DNA from: Collimonas sp. UBA1456
Lineage (GTDB): Bacteria; Pseudomonadota; Gammaproteobacteria; Burkholderiales; Burkholderiaceae_D
Assembly: GCA_002325825.1 (NCBI GenBank)
Contig: DCSW01000102.1
Span: forward strand, 1 to 55,960
DNA length: 55,960 bases
Direction of reading: 5' to 3'
Position numbers and translations under genes: made by a program. A model generated the notes under the pieces. The model did no database searches. It saw only the letters and a program-made list of their open reading frames with translations, and was not told the origin of the DNA. Of the stretch, positions 9,646-23,684 are shown piece after piece; the stretch's first letter is position 1; every line of letters starts with the position of its first letter.

Positions 9646-10002
9646 TCATCGGCGTGAACCGCCAGTGACATGCATATGCAAATGGTACACCTCCTGACCA
9701 CCGTCGGGTCCGACGTTGAGCAGCGTCTTGAAGCCGCCGCTGGCCTCGCCCTGGGCGTCGAGCTGGTAGCCGCAGCCATGCTCTTGCGCCAGGCGTGGCG
9801 CCAGGAGCGCCATTTTACCAAGAAGAGGGGCATGCTGCTCGGCGCAATCGGCCAGCGTCGGGATATGTTGCTTCGGCACAATCAGCAAATGCACCGGCGC
9901 CGCCGGATTGATGTCGTAAAAGGCAATCAACTCGTCGTTTTCATAAATCAGTTTCGACAGAACCTGCCTGGCTACAATTTTGCAAAAAATACAATCGTCC
10001 AC
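9646..10002 (-). CDS. Histidine triad (HIT) nucleotide-binding protein
   Basis: DCIFCKI and HLHMH motifs; likely GTG start after GGGAG. Confidence 0.92.
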   Translation of the reverse strand: MDDCIFCKIVARQVLSKLIYENDELIAFYDINPAAPVHLLIVPKQHIPTLADCAEQHAPLLGKMALLAPRLAQEHGCGYQLDAQGEASGGFKTLLNVGPDGGQEVYHLHMHVTGGSRR

Positions 10003-10108
10003 ATTATCTCCCAGCTTCACACAATGAGACAGTTAATCAGTAATCTCGCACGTTCCCCGGAGTAGCGATTTCCGGATGGAAAATTGGCACAATCTTGTTC
10101 CTTCAGGA

Positions 10109-10465
10109 CTATTCCGCTGCGCAGTCGTACAATGTACGACTGGCCTTTTCCGAGATACCGGATAAGCCCTCGCGCCGCGCCAGTTCATCCAGAACATTCT
10201 GCGGCGTCAGGTTGAACTGAGCCAGCATGATCAGCGAATGGAACCATAAATCAGCACACTCGTACAGCACGTGCGAGACATCGCCATCGACTCGCGCATC
10301 CTTGGCGGCCATCACAGTTTCAGTGGCTTCCTCGCCGATTTTCTTGAGGATCGCGTCATCGCCCTTGGCGAACAGCAGCGCCACATAAGACGTTTCAGGA
10401 TTGCCGCCGTTAGCCGGTTTGCGCGATGCGATGACTTCGGCCAGGCGTTGTAATGTATCACTCAT
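10109..10465 (-). CDS. hisE: Phosphoribosyl-ATP diphosphatase
   Basis: [20 protein letters not shown]. Confidence 0.95.
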   Translation of the reverse strand: MSDTLQRLAEVIASRKPANGGNPETSYVALLFAKGDDAILKKIGEEATETVMAAKDARVDGDVSHVLYECADLWFHSLIMLAQFNLTPQNVLDELARREGLSGISEKASRTLYDCAAE

Positions 10466-10562
10466 GATTGCTTCGCATTCGCTCTGTTATCGCCATCCGT
10501 CATTCCAGTCCACGCGGGAATTCAACTCGATGACCGTAAAATGGCTAGGTGAGCTGAGCCGG

Positions 10563-10958
10563 TCATTTATAAATTTCATCCGGTTCTTTCAATACCGGAT
10601 CGACCACTTCCCAACTCTTGCCCTCGCTCTCGTACTTCTGGAAAAAGCAAGAATGACGTCCGGTGTGGCAAGCAATGCCGCCAGCCTGGGTCACTTTCAG
10701 CAGCACCACGTCTTCGTCGCAATCGAGACGGATTTCGTGGACTGTCTGCACATGCCCGGATTCTTCCCCCCTGTGCCACAGTTTCTTGCGCGAACGACTC
10801 CAGTAAACGGCCTCACCCAACGCCACTGTCTTGGCCAGCGCATCGCGGTTCATCCAGGCGAACATCAAGATATCGTTGGAGCCGACTTCCTGCGCGATGA
10901 CCGGCACCAGACCATGCTCATCCCATCGCACCCTGTTTAACCAACTCACGCTGCTCAT
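10563..10958 (-). CDS. hisI: Phosphoribosyl-AMP cyclohydrolase
   Basis: YWSRSR, DCDED and [10 protein letters not shown] motifs. Confidence 0.96.
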   Translation of the reverse strand: MSSVSWLNRVRWDEHGLVPVIAQEVGSNDILMFAWMNRDALAKTVALGEAVYWSRSRKKLWHRGEESGHVQTVHEIRLDCDEDVVLLKVTQAGGIACHTGRHSCFFQKYESEGKSWEVVDPVLKEPDEIYK

Positions 10959-11719
10959 GCTAACCTCATCGGAATCTGTTGTGCTGCCATGAACTGCTTA
11001 GCTTCCCGTACAGTATGTTGACCATAGTGAAAAATGCTCGCTGCCAACACCGCATCGGCGCGGCCGATCTTGATACCGTCGACCAGGTCCTGCAAAGCGC
11101 CGACGCCGCCCGAGGCAATCACCGGAATCGTTACTGCATTCGACACGCTGTTGGTCAAGGCTAGGTCAAATCCGATCTTGGTGCCATCGCGGTCCATGCT
11201 GGTGAGCAGGATTTCGCCTGCGCCCAACTGCTCCATCTTTTTTCCCCATTCAATCGCATCGAGACCGGTAGCCTGGCGACCGCCATGCGTGAATACTTCC
11301 CATTTTCCGGGAGCGACCTGCTTGGCGTCGATGGCGACCACGATGCATTGCGAACCGTATTTGGCGGCAGCATCGGCCACTAGTTGCGGATTGGTGACGG
11401 CGGAAGTGTTGATACCAACCTTGTCGGCGCCGGCATTCAGCAAGCGCCGCACATCCTCAACCATCCGCACACCGCCGCCCACCGTCAGCGGAATAAAGAC
11501 CTGCGACGCGACTACTTCGATAATAGGCAGGATCAGATCGCGATTATCAGACGATGCGGTAATATCGAGAAAAGTGATTTCATCTGCACCCTGCTCGTCG
11601 TAGCGGCGGGCGATCTCAACCGGATCGCCAGCATCACGCAGTTCAAGAAAATTGACACCCTTGACGACGCGGCCATTGGTCACATCAAGGCAAGGAATAA
11701 TGCGTTTGGCGAGGCTCAT
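10955..11719 (-). CDS. hisF: Imidazole glycerol phosphate synthase, cyclase subunit
   Basis: [17 protein letters not shown]; SMDRDGT. Confidence 0.97.
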   Translation of the reverse strand: MSLAKRIIPCLDVTNGRVVKGVNFLELRDAGDPVEIARRYDEQGADEITFLDITASSDNRDLILPIIEVVASQVFIPLTVGGGVRMVEDVRRLLNAGADKVGINTSAVTNPQLVADAAAKYGSQCIVVAIDAKQVAPGKWEVFTHGGRQATGLDAIEWGKKMEQLGAGEILLTSMDRDGTKIGFDLALTNSVSNAVTIPVIASGGVGALQDLVDGIKIGRADAVLAASIFHYGQHTVREAKQFMAAQQIPMRLA

Positions 11720-12540
11720 GGCTGACCAGCATCCGACTGCTCCAATGAATCCTGATCGCCGGTGAGGTTGTCGCATTGATCGCTCAACGCATCGGCACGC
11801 TCTTGCGCCGAGCCCAAATCAAGCGTGCCTTCATAGATCGAACGGCCACAAATCACCGCCTCGATACCCTCATCCTGTACCGCGCACAGATCCTCGACAT
11901 CTTTGACGTTATGCACACCGCCGGATGCGATCACTGGAATTGTCATCCTCTGCGCCAGCTTGACGGTGGCATCAATATTGATACCACCCATCATGCCATC
12001 ACGGCCGATGTCGGTGTAGACAATCGAAGTACAGCCGTAGTCTTCAAATTTTGTGGCCAGATCGATCACTTCATGCTCCGACAATTTGCTCCAGCCGTCA
12101 GTCGCCACCTTCCCATCCTTGGCATCCAAGCCGACAATGATCTGCCCCGGGAAAGCGCTGCAGGCATCTTGCAGAAAGCCGGGATTCTTGACTGCTGCGG
12201 TGCCGATAATGATGTAGCTGAGGCCGTCGTCGAGATAACGTTCAATGGTATAGAGGTCGCGAATGCCGCCACCGAGCTGGACCGGGATTTCTTCGACGTC
12301 GTTGGCCAGCGCGAATTCGCGCACCGCCTTGAGGATCGATTTGACCGCCGGTTCATTCTTCGGTTTGCCGGCAAAGGCACCGTTCAGGTCAACCAGATGC
12401 AAACGTCGCGCACCCTGGGTCAGCCAATGGCGGGTCATTTCGCCCGGATCGTCGGAAAATACAGTGGCCTGGTCCATATCACCTTGTTTCAGGCGTACGC
12501 AGTGACCGTCTTTGAGGTCGATGGCAGGTATCAGCAGCAT
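11716..12540 (-). CDS. hisA: ProFAR isomerase
   Basis: [20 protein letters not shown]; TDIGRDG. Confidence 0.97.
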   Translation of the reverse strand: MLLIPAIDLKDGHCVRLKQGDMDQATVFSDDPGEMTRHWLTQGARRLHLVDLNGAFAGKPKNEPAVKSILKAVREFALANDVEEIPVQLGGGIRDLYTIERYLDDGLSYIIIGTAAVKNPGFLQDACSAFPGQIIVGLDAKDGKVATDGWSKLSEHEVIDLATKFEDYGCTSIVYTDIGRDGMMGGINIDATVKLAQRMTIPVIASGGVHNVKDVEDLCAVQDEGIEAVICGRSIYEGTLDLGSAQERADALSDQCDNLTGDQDSLEQSDAGQP

Positions 12541-12591
12541 GGCTACAGTTGTATGAGGTGAGTTAAGAATTTGATTGATTGGGAACGACCA

Positions 12592-13230
12592 TCAGGATTT
12601 CCACTGCACAAAATTCTTGTACAACTGTAAACCGGCGGAAGCACTTTTCTCTGGATGGAACTGTGTCGCAAAAACATTATCACGGCCGACCGCGCAGCTA
12701 AACATCGCGCCGTAATCGGTCTCCCCGAAAGTATGCGCGGCGTCAACTGGAACGGCATAATAACTGTGGACAAAATAAAAATAGGCAGCGGCGGCCACAC
12801 CATTCCAGAGTGGATGAGACTGCACCTGGAGCACCCGGTTCCAGCCCATCTGCGGTACCTTGAAACGCGAGCCATCTTCCTGCAACTGACCATCCAGGCG
12901 AAAACGTACGACTTTGCCTGGCAACAGACCGAGACCGACGGTATCGCCCTCCTCGCTCATATCAAACAGCATCTGCTTGCCAACGCACACGCCCAGCAGC
13001 GGTTTGTTACGCGCCGCGGCCAGCAGTTCTTCCTGCAGGCCGGACTCGCGCAACGAGCGCATACAATCCGGCATCGCGCCCTGGCCTGGTAGTATCAAAC
13101 GGTCGGCAGCCTGAATCTCGGAAATTGTACCGGAAATGCGAATATCTGCTTCTGGCGCCACCTTACGTAGGGCTTGCGCCACCGAGCGCAAGTTACCCAT
13201 GCCATAGTCAACCACTACAATTTTGTTCAT
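12592..13230 (-). CDS. hisH: Imidazole glycerol phosphate synthase, glutaminase subunit
   Basis: [15 protein letters not shown] and QFHPEKS motifs. Confidence 0.97.
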   Translation of the reverse strand: MNKIVVVDYGMGNLRSVAQALRKVAPEADIRISGTISEIQAADRLILPGQGAMPDCMRSLRESGLQEELLAAARNKPLLGVCVGKQMLFDMSEEGDTVGLGLLPGKVVRFRLDGQLQEDGSRFKVPQMGWNRVLQVQSHPLWNGVAAAAYFYFVHSYYAVPVDAAHTFGETDYGAMFSCAVGRDNVFATQFHPEKSASAGLQLYKNFVQWKS

Positions 13231-13378
13231 GATAAAGATTCAAGTTTACCAGTCAAAGTTGCGATATCGACAGCCACATCAGATGCAAGAGCATGCGACA
13301 ACCAGACTGGCGTTAGCGGATTAAAGCGATGCGTTGATTAATCATCAACTGCGTAAGAATCAAGTGCGGATCGGATGC

Positions 13379-13975
13379 TTAAAGACTACCCTTAGTCGAG
13401 GGAATCGTGCTAACGGAACGCGAATCCCTCTCGGAGGCCATGCGTAATGCCCGGCCAAAGGCCTTGAATACGGTTTCGCATTGATGATGAGCATTTTCGC
13501 CGCGCAGGTTATCGATATGCAAAGACACCAGCGCGTGATTGACGAAACCCTGGAAAAACTCATGAGTGAGGTCGACGTCGAAGCTGCCGATCATGGCGCG
13601 CTTGAATGGCACGTGGAATTCGAGACCGGGACGGCCAGAAAAATCGATGACGACGCGTGACAGCGCCTCATCCAGCGGCACGTAGGCGTGGCCGTAACGG
13701 CGAATGCCTTTCTTGTCGCCGATGGCTTGAGCAAAGGCTTTCCCAAGGGCAATGCCAACATCTTCCAATGTGTGGTGAGCGTCGATATGCAGGTCGCCGC
13801 TGGCTTCAATATCCAGGTCGATCAGCCCATGCCGCGCGATTTGATCCAACATATGATCCAGAAACGGCACGCCGGTATTCAGTTTTTTCTGGCCAGTGCC
13901 ATCCAAATTGATCGCGACGCGGATTTGCGTCTCGTTGGTATTGCGAGTAATCACTGCAGTTCGAGGCGTAGACAT
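13379..13975 (-). CDS. hisB: Imidazoleglycerol-phosphate dehydratase
   Basis: [14 protein letters not shown] and NAHHQCE motifs. Confidence 0.97.
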   Translation of the reverse strand: MSTPRTAVITRNTNETQIRVAINLDGTGQKKLNTGVPFLDHMLDQIARHGLIDLDIEASGDLHIDAHHTLEDVGIALGKAFAQAIGDKKGIRRYGHAYVPLDEALSRVVIDFSGRPGLEFHVPFKRAMIGSFDVDLTHEFFQGFVNHALVSLHIDNLRGENAHHQCETVFKAFGRALRMASERDSRSVSTIPSTKGSL

Positions 13976-14250
13976 GTTGAAGTTAAGACCAAGGTTACAA
14001 AGCAAATGACAAAAAAATGCGGCGAATTCATCGTCAAGACGATAAGTGTATTAAATTATTCGAAGCTTCGACCAGGGATCGAAATTTGTTACCGATTCTC
14101 CGTTATCGAAGTATGACTGGCGCAGCCTTGTGGGTCGCACTGCCATTTTACCGACATTTTCATGTTTTATCGCGAATGCAGATGCTGATAATCAATATGC
14201 ATGTTGCTATTTAGCGCAAACGCTTAGACCAGCATCCGCTTATCGGCTTG

Positions 14251-15012
14251 CTAGCCGTCCAGTTGTGCCAGGCGCTGCTCGATCAGTGCACAGTATTCTG
14301 GATTCAATTCAAACCCAACAAAATTGCGGCCACAACGCCGCGCCGCGACTGCAGTGGTGCCGCTACCCATGAACGGATCGAGCACTATGCCGCCCGGCGA
14401 GCAGGAAGCCTTGATCATCCGCTCGACGATTTCCAGTGGCTTTTGGGTTGGGTGATCAGCCCGCTCGCGATGTTCGCGATGCAAGCGCGGCACGCTCCAC
14501 ACATCTTTCGGGTTGTAGCCAAGTTCCAGCCATTTGGCGCCGGCAAAGATCGCGCGTGAGCGAGCTTTCTTGGTTTCCGCATCGTAGGGAACCCGAATCA
14601 CGTCGAGATCAAAATGATAATCCTTGGCGCAGACAAAAAAACCGATGGTATCGTGCACCGATGAAAATCGCCGGGTGCCGCCGCCCATCGATGGCACCCG
14701 GCGATCCCAGATAATTTCGTTGATCATCGTCATGCGCTGCTTCAGCATGACAAAAATTTCAGGCGAGAAACGCCAAGTCAAAAAGATATACAAGCTGCCG
14801 TTCGGCTTCAGCTTCGGCAACGCGGCGTCGATCCATGTTTCGGTCCAACGCAGGTAGACGGCGGTATCGAGCTTGTCGGAATCGTTGCCGTAGTCCTTGC
14901 CGAGGCCGTAAGGCGGATCAGCCAGCAACAGATCGACCGAGCCGTTCGGAATTCGCTGCAAGCCTTGCAGTGCATCTTCAAGATAAACCCGGTTAAGCCA
15001 GTCACCGCTCAT
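14251..15012 (-). CDS. Orphan beta-class amino (N6-adenine/N4-cytosine) DNA methyltransferase
   Basis: DPPY motif IV precedes HPTQKP and DPFMGSGTT motif I; no restriction endonuclease gene nearby. Confidence 0.93.
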   Translation of the reverse strand: MSGDWLNRVYLEDALQGLQRIPNGSVDLLLADPPYGLGKDYGNDSDKLDTAVYLRWTETWIDAALPKLKPNGSLYIFLTWRFSPEIFVMLKQRMTMINEIIWDRRVPSMGGGTRRFSSVHDTIGFFVCAKDYHFDLDVIRVPYDAETKKARSRAIFAGAKWLELGYNPKDVWSVPRLHREHRERADHPTQKPLEIVERMIKASCSPGGIVLDPFMGSGTTAVAARRCGRNFVGFELNPEYCALIEQRLAQLDG

Positions 15013-15031
15013 CGCTATGCCGGGCTTGCCA

Positions 15032-16354
15032 TCAAGATGCATCCGTCAAACGAAATTCAGCGGAACGCGCATGCGCCTGCAGCCCCTCGCCATAGGCCAG
15101 TTCAGCGGCGATCTTGCCAAGCGTTTGCGCGCCCGATTCACTGATGTTGATTATGCTGGAACGCTTCTGGAAATCGTATACGCCAAGCGGCGAAGAGAAA
15201 CGCGCAGTACGCGAAGTTGGCAGCACATGGTTCGGGCCAGCGCAGTAATCGCCCAGCGATTCGGACGAAAAACGGCCCAGGAACATGGCGCCAGCATGAC
15301 GGATGAGGTCAGCCCAGTGCTGCGGATTTGCAGTCGAAATTTCCAGGTGTTCAGCGGCGATCAGGTTGGCGATCTCGCAGGCTTGCTCCATGTCGCGCAC
15401 CTTGACCAATGCGCCGCGATTAGTCAGCGAGGCTTGGATCACCTCATGGCGCGGCATCAGCGGTAACTGCCGATTGATACTGACTTCAACGGCAGTGATA
15501 TAGTCGGCATCAGGACACAGCAGGATCGACTGCGCCAGTTCATCGTGCTCGGCTTGCGAAAATAGGTCCATCGCGATCCAGTCGGGATCGGTAGTGCCAT
15601 CGCACAACACGAGGATTTCTGACGGCCCGGCAATCATGTCGATGCCGACCGTACCGAACACGCGGCGCTTGGCGGCGGTAACGTAAGCGTTGCCGGGACC
15701 GACGATTTTATCGACTTGCGGGATTGTCGCTGTGCCGTAGGCCAGCGCAGCTACGGCCTGCGCACCGCCGATGGTGAACACGCGATCGACGCAGGCAACG
15801 GCGGCGGCGGCCAGCACCAGCGGGTTCTTGATGCCGTCCGGGGTCGGCACCACCATGATGACTTCTTGTACGCCAGCGACCGTGGCTGGGATCGCATTCA
15901 TCAACACAGATGATGGATAAGCAGCCTTGCCGCCAGGAACATAAATGCCGATCCGATCCAGCGGCGTTACTTTCTGACCCAGCACGGTGCCATCGGCTTC
16001 GATGTAGGTAAAGCCATCCGAGCCGCATTCCTGCTTTTGCCGCCCATGATAAGCGCGCACGCGGTCGGCCGCAGTCTGCAATGCATGACGGCGTTGCGGC
16101 GCCAACTGCGCCAGCGCAGCCTGCAACTCTTGCTCACTGATTTCCAGTAGTCCGAGATTGTCAGCGCTGAAGCGATCAAAGCGATTAGTGTACTCCAACA
16201 CAGCGGCGTCGCCGCGCAGCTTGACGTCAGCCAGGATGCTGGCAACGGCTTGCTCGATCGCCTCGTCTTCACCGGCCTCGAAGTCCAGGACGGAGCTAAG
16301 TCGCGCGAGAAAATCAGGCTGCTCGGCATCGAGTTTTCTGATTACTATTCTCAT
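15032..16354 (-). CDS. hisD: Histidinol dehydrogenase
   Basis: [23 protein letters not shown] and GPNHVLPT motifs. Confidence 0.97.
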   Translation of the reverse strand: MRIVIRKLDAEQPDFLARLSSVLDFEAGEDEAIEQAVASILADVKLRGDAAVLEYTNRFDRFSADNLGLLEISEQELQAALAQLAPQRRHALQTAADRVRAYHGRQKQECGSDGFTYIEADGTVLGQKVTPLDRIGIYVPGGKAAYPSSVLMNAIPATVAGVQEVIMVVPTPDGIKNPLVLAAAAVACVDRVFTIGGAQAVAALAYGTATIPQVDKIVGPGNAYVTAAKRRVFGTVGIDMIAGPSEILVLCDGTTDPDWIAMDLFSQAEHDELAQSILLCPDADYITAVEVSINRQLPLMPRHEVIQASLTNRGALVKVRDMEQACEIANLIAAEHLEISTANPQHWADLIRHAGAMFLGRFSSESLGDYCAGPNHVLPTSRTARFSSPLGVYDFQKRSSIINISESGAQTLGKIAAELAYGEGLQAHARSAEFRLTDAS

Positions 16355-16419
16355 GCTACTTCCAATTTTCTAAATAACAAAACGCCTCTCCTTGACCACG
16401 GCCAATGTCGACCTTGGAA

Positions 16420-18772
<2,353 letters not shown>

Positions 18773-18806
18773 GGCAATTTCTAACGTAATTATATATCCA
18801 ACGAAC

Positions 18807-19398
18807 TTAGTGGCGTAACTTGTAACCGCGCTTGAGCATTTGCACTGCCAGCGGCGACAACAACGCCAGCACCATGCAAATTACAGCCAGACTAATCAAC
18901 GGATTGATATCATACTGGCCGAACTTGTCGGTCCGGATACTGGCGATCAACCCCATTGTGCCGAGCAGCGCCATCCCCCAAGAATACAAAAATTACGATC
19001 AACCACGGCGCCACGAACGACAGGTTGACAAACCAGGCGGTGGTCACGAATACGCCCTGGCTGACTGTGACGCCACACACTACCAGAGGCCAGCACATAA
19101 CCGTCGAACAGTTCCCAGTGCGACAACAGGACGAACACCAGGTTGCCAGTCTTTTCGACTGTATCAACGCTGATGATATATTGGCGAAGGCATTTGGCAA
19201 CACACTCATCATGACCGGGTCGAAAATCAAAAATGACGCGTATTGCACGCCAGGACAGATCTGAACATACTCATTGAGCGTGTGGACGAAAATCCGCAGG
19301 TACATCATGGCAGTCATGATCGGCGCGTAAATGGTTTGCGTCGCCACTTTTCAGAAGCACAACACTTCCTTGTAAAACAATGCTTGAAAGCCCACCAT
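18807..19398 (-). pseudogene. ABC-2 permease (YadH-like)
   Basis: MVGFQALFYKEVLCF*KVATQT..NAFANISSALIQSK..GYKLRH*, with frameshifts and deletions. Confidence 0.85.
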
Positions 19399-19437
19399 AA
19401 TTTGGCATCGACCGCATTATATCAATCGGCAGACACA

Positions 19438-20132
19438 TTAAAATCGCCGGAACCTCCCTTGCTATACATAATCTGCAGAGACACATCTTTAAGATTAGCT
19501 TGTTGCAGCTGCATGCCCTCAATCACCACACCGGCGCGGCGCAAGACGCCGAGGATCGGCTCGACATCGCTGTATTAGTTGACTCGCAGCGCGAACTTGC
19601 CGCTGTCGGCATGCAATACCAGGTGTGCTGCAGCGAGGTCGGCAAGCCGTCGCCGGATAGTTGCAGCAGCAACTGTGAACCGGCGATGTGCTTGATCAGC
19701 GCCGAGATCAAATCGAGCGCCACCACCTGTCCTAGCTTCAGCATGACGATGCAGTTGTATTGCTCTTGTGCTTCTTCCAGATAGTGCGTGGTCAATACGA
19801 CTGTGTGGCCTTCGCGGTTCAGGTTACATGCGAAATATCTAGCGTACCGTGAAGCACGGATCGAACACCAGATCCTGCGGCACCACGCCCAAATTGCGAC
19901 GCGCAGTGCGATAGTCGCTGACGACAGTATGACCGTGGATCATGACGCTGCCGAAATCGGGACGCTTCAGGTCGGGGCAATCATCGAGATCAAGGTAGTC
20001 TTGCCGGCGGCCGTTATCGTTAGGGTCGAGCAAACCGAAGAATTCGCCTTCTTGGATAGTCAATGAAACGTCGTCCAGCGCCAGCTGTGACTGGTAGCGT
20101 TTCTTGACGTTGGTGATTTGAATGGTCGCCAT
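19438..20132 (-). pseudogene. ABC transporter ATP-binding protein (YadG-like)
   Basis: GEFFGLLDPN with a broken Walker A, LGVVPQDLVFDP and TTHYLEEAQ; signature/Walker B segment deleted. Confidence 0.85.
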
Positions 20133-20320
20133 AGTGCCCTTGATAAACGATCTAAAATTAGTTCGCCGCAACAATGTCGATAACACATCGGGATCGTTTT
20201 TGGTTCGGAGGCCGTGACATGCTGTCTGGTGGCGTAAGCTCTGATTATATTGGATTTTTGCTGCGGATACCGGAGAACAGCGACAAACCAAGTAAGCTAG
20301 CGAGAAAGGAGAAAGAGGAA

Positions 20321-20623
20321 TCAATGGTGCTGTGTGTCGTCGGCAACCACTACGATTGCCGACGACAGCAATTCGGTCACACCATATAGGTCGATCAGAC
20401 TTTCCAGATTGGCTGGCAAACTGGAAAAATGCAGCTGGTGGCCCTGGTTGAGGGCAGCACATTGCCATACGAGTAACGTCGCGACGGCGACCGAATCGAC
20501 CGCCACCACATCGCCCAGATCGATCTCGGTCTCGCCCCCGGCGATGGCCAGCAAGCCCTCTTCCATGGTGACTTTAGCGTTATCTATAGTAAGTGAGTGA
20601 GAAGATCTGAACATGATAATCAA
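20321..20623 (-). CDS. mlaB: STAS-domain protein MlaB
   Basis: IDLGDVVAVDSVAVA..LYGV; position in the mla operon. Confidence 0.85.
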   Translation of the reverse strand: MIIMFRSSHSLTIDNAKVTMEEGLLAIAGGETEIDLGDVVAVDSVAVATLLVWQCAALNQGHQLHFSSLPANLESLIDLYGVTELLSSAIVVVADDTQHH

Positions 20624-20710
20624 TCAACAAATTACATAAAATACAAAACATCTACATGGCCAGCGCGGCTGTCGGTCGCTCTGTTACGGCGGGCACAGTC
20701 GGCTCCGCCA

Positions 20711-21340
20711 TTACTTGCCACTTCTGGCGGCGCGTGCCTTATTTTTGTCTGTCAGTACCTTGATCAGGCCGTCGATTCCGGACTTGCCGATTTCGGAAGC
20801 AAAGTTACCCTTGTATGATTCAACGAGCCAAACACCCAATACGTTGACATCGTATATTTTCCAGCTGGTTCCAACTTTTTCCATACGATAATTTAATTGG
20901 ATCGGTTCGCGGCCTGGCTGGACCACTTTCGAACGCACCTCAACGTCGGTATCGGTAGGATCGCTCCGCATCGGGAGGAAATAAATTTTCTGGTCGCGTA
21001 CCTGCGACAGAGCGCCGGCATAGGTAAAGATCAACAAGCTGCGGAACTGCGTAATCAGTTGTTTTTGCTGATCCGGCGTAGCGTCACGCCAGTAACGGCA
21101 GACTGCCAGTGCCGTCATGCGATGGAAATCGACGTACGGAATGATTTTTTCTTCAACCAGAGCCAGGATGCGCTGCTGGTTGCCACCCTGTACACCCTTA
21201 TCCGCCTTGGCGGTATCCAGTACATCTTGACTGATGCGTTTCACCAGCGCATCAGGCGCTTCCTGAGCACTCGCGGCAGCGGAGAAAAACAGGCTGCCGA
21301 CAGTCAGTGACAAGGACAGATATTTTTTCAGAATATTCAT
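20711..21340 (-). CDS. mlaC: Phospholipid shuttle MlaC
   Basis: Signal peptide; WKIYDVNVLGVWL. Confidence 0.92.
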   Translation of the reverse strand: MNILKKYLSLSLTVGSLFFSAAASAQEAPDALVKRISQDVLDTAKADKGVQGGNQQRILALVEEKIIPYVDFHRMTALAVCRYWRDATPDQQKQLITQFRSLLIFTYAGALSQVRDQKIYFLPMRSDPTDTDVEVRSKVVQPGREPIQLNYRMEKVGTSWKIYDVNVLGVWLVESYKGNFASEIGKSGIDGLIKVLTDKNKARAARSGK

Positions 21341-21481
21341 ATATTTTTAACAATCCATATATTTAGGTGGCACTTCAGCAATTTTACAGATATCTCTTAA
21401 TATAAACATTTTAATGCCAGGTTCCTGCGACCGAGGTTACAAATCATGTGTCCGAGCTCTTGATCCAGTGCGCCAGCTTCA

Positions 21482-22234
21482 TTACTCGACCGACTTGGTT
21501 ATGGCGAGCTTGTCATTGGCATCGCTGTCATCGCTAGCCCTGATCTGGCTCTGACGGCGTTGTGTATATGCGTCGCGAACAAATTCATACTTGTCGAGCG
21601 CCGCATCTTCCAACAGATCGCCGGCATCCAGCAGATTGGCACGCTTATCGATCAGGCGTACCACCGATCCGGTATTACGCCAGCGTACCGGATATTTATA
21701 AGACCACAGATCGCCATAGAAATCCACCGGCAGCGCCGCGGTATCGCGGATGTTAGACGAACCGAACAACGGCAGCACCAAATAGGGACCGGCGCCGATA
21801 CCCCATTTGCCGAGAGTCTGGCCAAAATCACGACTATTTTTCTGTAGCCCGGCTTCCGAACTGACATCAAGCACGCCGCCAAGGCCGAACGTGCTGTTGA
21901 CAGCTACACGCATGAAGTTGGTGGTGCCGGCTTCAATATTTCCCTGCAAAAAGCCGTTGACCGAACCAAAAATATCACCGAGATTACCGAAGAAATTATG
22001 AATCCCGATTTGCAGGAAATTTGGCAACCACGAGCGGTAAGCGGTCGCCACCGGTTTCAGCGCGACCTTGTCGAGCGTGTCATTAAAGCTGAACATCGCA
22101 CGGTTAAAACCTTCCAGCGGGTCTTGTGAGTTGCAGCTGATGCCGCCAGTACATGGTGTGCCGGTAGTGGCGCAACCGCTGAGCGCAGCAACCAGCACCA
22201 GGGAACCAATACGCATCGTCATTTTCATTCTCAT
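21482..22234 (-). CDS. mlaA: MlaA/VacJ lipoprotein
   Basis: Lipobox LSGC, DPLEGFNR, DFGQTLG and GPYLVLPLFG motifs. Confidence 0.93.
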   Translation of the reverse strand: MRMKMTMRIGSLVLVAALSGCATTGTPCTGGISCNSQDPLEGFNRAMFSFNDTLDKVALKPVATAYRSWLPNFLQIGIHNFFGNLGDIFGSVNGFLQGNIEAGTTNFMRVAVNSTFGLGGVLDVSSEAGLQKNSRDFGQTLGKWGIGAGPYLVLPLFGSSNIRDTAALPVDFYGDLWSYKYPVRWRNTGSVVRLIDKRANLLDAGDLLEDAALDKYEFVRDAYTQRRQSQIRASDDSDANDKLAITKSVE

Positions 22235-22704
22235 TACTCGCCACCCCTTACATCTGCTGCCTTACTGTACAAGAACTGACTGATCAGATTTTCCAGCACT
22301 ATTGCAGACTGTGTCAATTTAATATTATCACCGGCAACTAGATTATTGGTGTCGCCGCCCGGCTCGATACCGATGTATTGCTCTCCTAATAAGCCTGCCG
22401 TGAGTATCTTGGCTGAACTATCCTTTGGAAACTTGTAGTGTTGATCAATATTTACGGTCACAACGGCCTGGTAACTCTTGTCGTCGAAAACAATCGAGGC
22501 GACCCGGCCAACCACGACACCGGCGCTACGAACCGAAGCGCGTACTTTCAAGGCACCAATATTGTCGAACTTGACGGTTACCGGATAAGTTGAATTGAAA
22601 GATGAGCTACTGAGATTACCGACCTTCAACGCCAAAAAGCCCAGGGCCAGCACGCCGATCAGCAAAAACATACCAACCCATACATCTACAGTTTTTTGTT
22701 GCAT
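22234..22704 (-). CDS. mlaD: MCE-domain protein MlaD
   Basis: FDNIGAL..GVVVGRV; GLLGEQYI. Confidence 0.95.
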   Translation of the reverse strand: MQQKTVDVWVGMFLLIGVLALGFLALKVGNLSSSSFNSTYPVTVKFDNIGALKVRASVRSAGVVVGRVASIVFDDKSYQAVVTVNIDQHYKFPKDSSAKILTAGLLGEQYIGIEPGGDTNNLVAGDNIKLTQSAIVLENLISQFLYSKAADVRGGE

Positions 22705-22895
22705 GATTTATTACCTTAAAAACACAACCCGAGGTATTGGTCCAGTCCGGACATACTGCCATAGCTGGCTATCGAATACCCAGCGATTAACTGAACAATC
22801 TCAGGAAAATAGTAACGAGAAGCAAAACGATTGGTTGCCACAACGCCAACTCGCCAACTTCGGCAATCAGAGCCATGCGCCACAGATTAATCAAG

Positions 22896-23684
22896 TCAAT
22901 TAAACATCAGCGCGGTCAACAGGAAATCCAGCGCCAGCACAGCCAGAGAAGCGATCACCACGGTGCGTGTAGTCGCTCTGGCGACGCCTTCCGGTGTCGC
23001 CTTGGTTTCATATCCTTGCCATACCGCGACAAAAGTAACGGCGATCCCGAACACGATGCTTTTCAGTACGCCATTGGCAACGTCCAGCAAGACATCCACT
23101 CCACCTTGCATCTGCGACCAGAAAGCACCTTCGTCAACGCCGATCAACTTAACACCGACCAGATAGCCGCCAAAGATACCGAGCGCGCTAAACAGCGCCG
23201 CCAGCATCGGCATCGCCACGACACCGGCCCAGAAGCGCGGCGCCACAACGCGCTGCAACGGATCGACGGCCATCATTTCCATCGCCAACAATTGCTCGCC
23301 AGCTTTCATCAGGCCGATCTCGGCGGTCAGCGAGGTACCGGCGCGGCCGGCGAACAGCAGTGCGGTCACGACCGGCCCCAGCTCGCGCACCAGCGACAAC
23401 GACACCAGCAGGCCCAGAGCTTGTTCGGAACCGTACTTATTGAGTGTGTAATAGCCCTGCAAACCTAAAACAAAGCCGACAAACAGGCCCGATACGCCAA
23501 TGATGACCAGCGAATAATTGCCGATAAAATGAATCTGGTCAGTAATCAGGCGAGGCCGCCGCCATAAGCCAGAAGAAACGCGCAGAATCGACAAAAAAAT
23601 ACGCGTCGCCACACCGAGGCCGACAATCGATTCGCGCAACGTGTAGCCGATTGCCGGCAGACTTTTGTTTATCCAGTTAACCAT
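22896..23684 (-). CDS. mlaE: Mla ABC permease MlaE
   Basis: RELGPVVTALLFAGRAG; ATTRTVV. Confidence 0.95.
   Translation of the reverse strand: MVNWINKSLPAIGYTLRESIVGLGVATRIFLSILRVSSGLWRRPRLITDQIHFIGNYSLVIIGVSGLFVGFVLGLQGYYTLNKYGSEQALGLLVSLSLVRELGPVVTALLFAGRAGTSLTAEIGLMKAGEQLLAMEMMAVDPLQRVVAPRFWAGVVAMPMLAALFSALGIFGGYLVGVKLIGVDEGAFWSQMQGGVDVLLDVANGVLKSIVFGIAVTFVAVWQGYETKATPEGVARATTRTVVIASLAVLALDFLLTALMFN

Noticed and set aside
11776-12561. Long antisense ORFs, such as the 261-aa ORF opposite hisA and others opposite gltB, aroB and mlaE
   Set aside because: Shadow frames of GC-rich coding genes with no recognisable motifs
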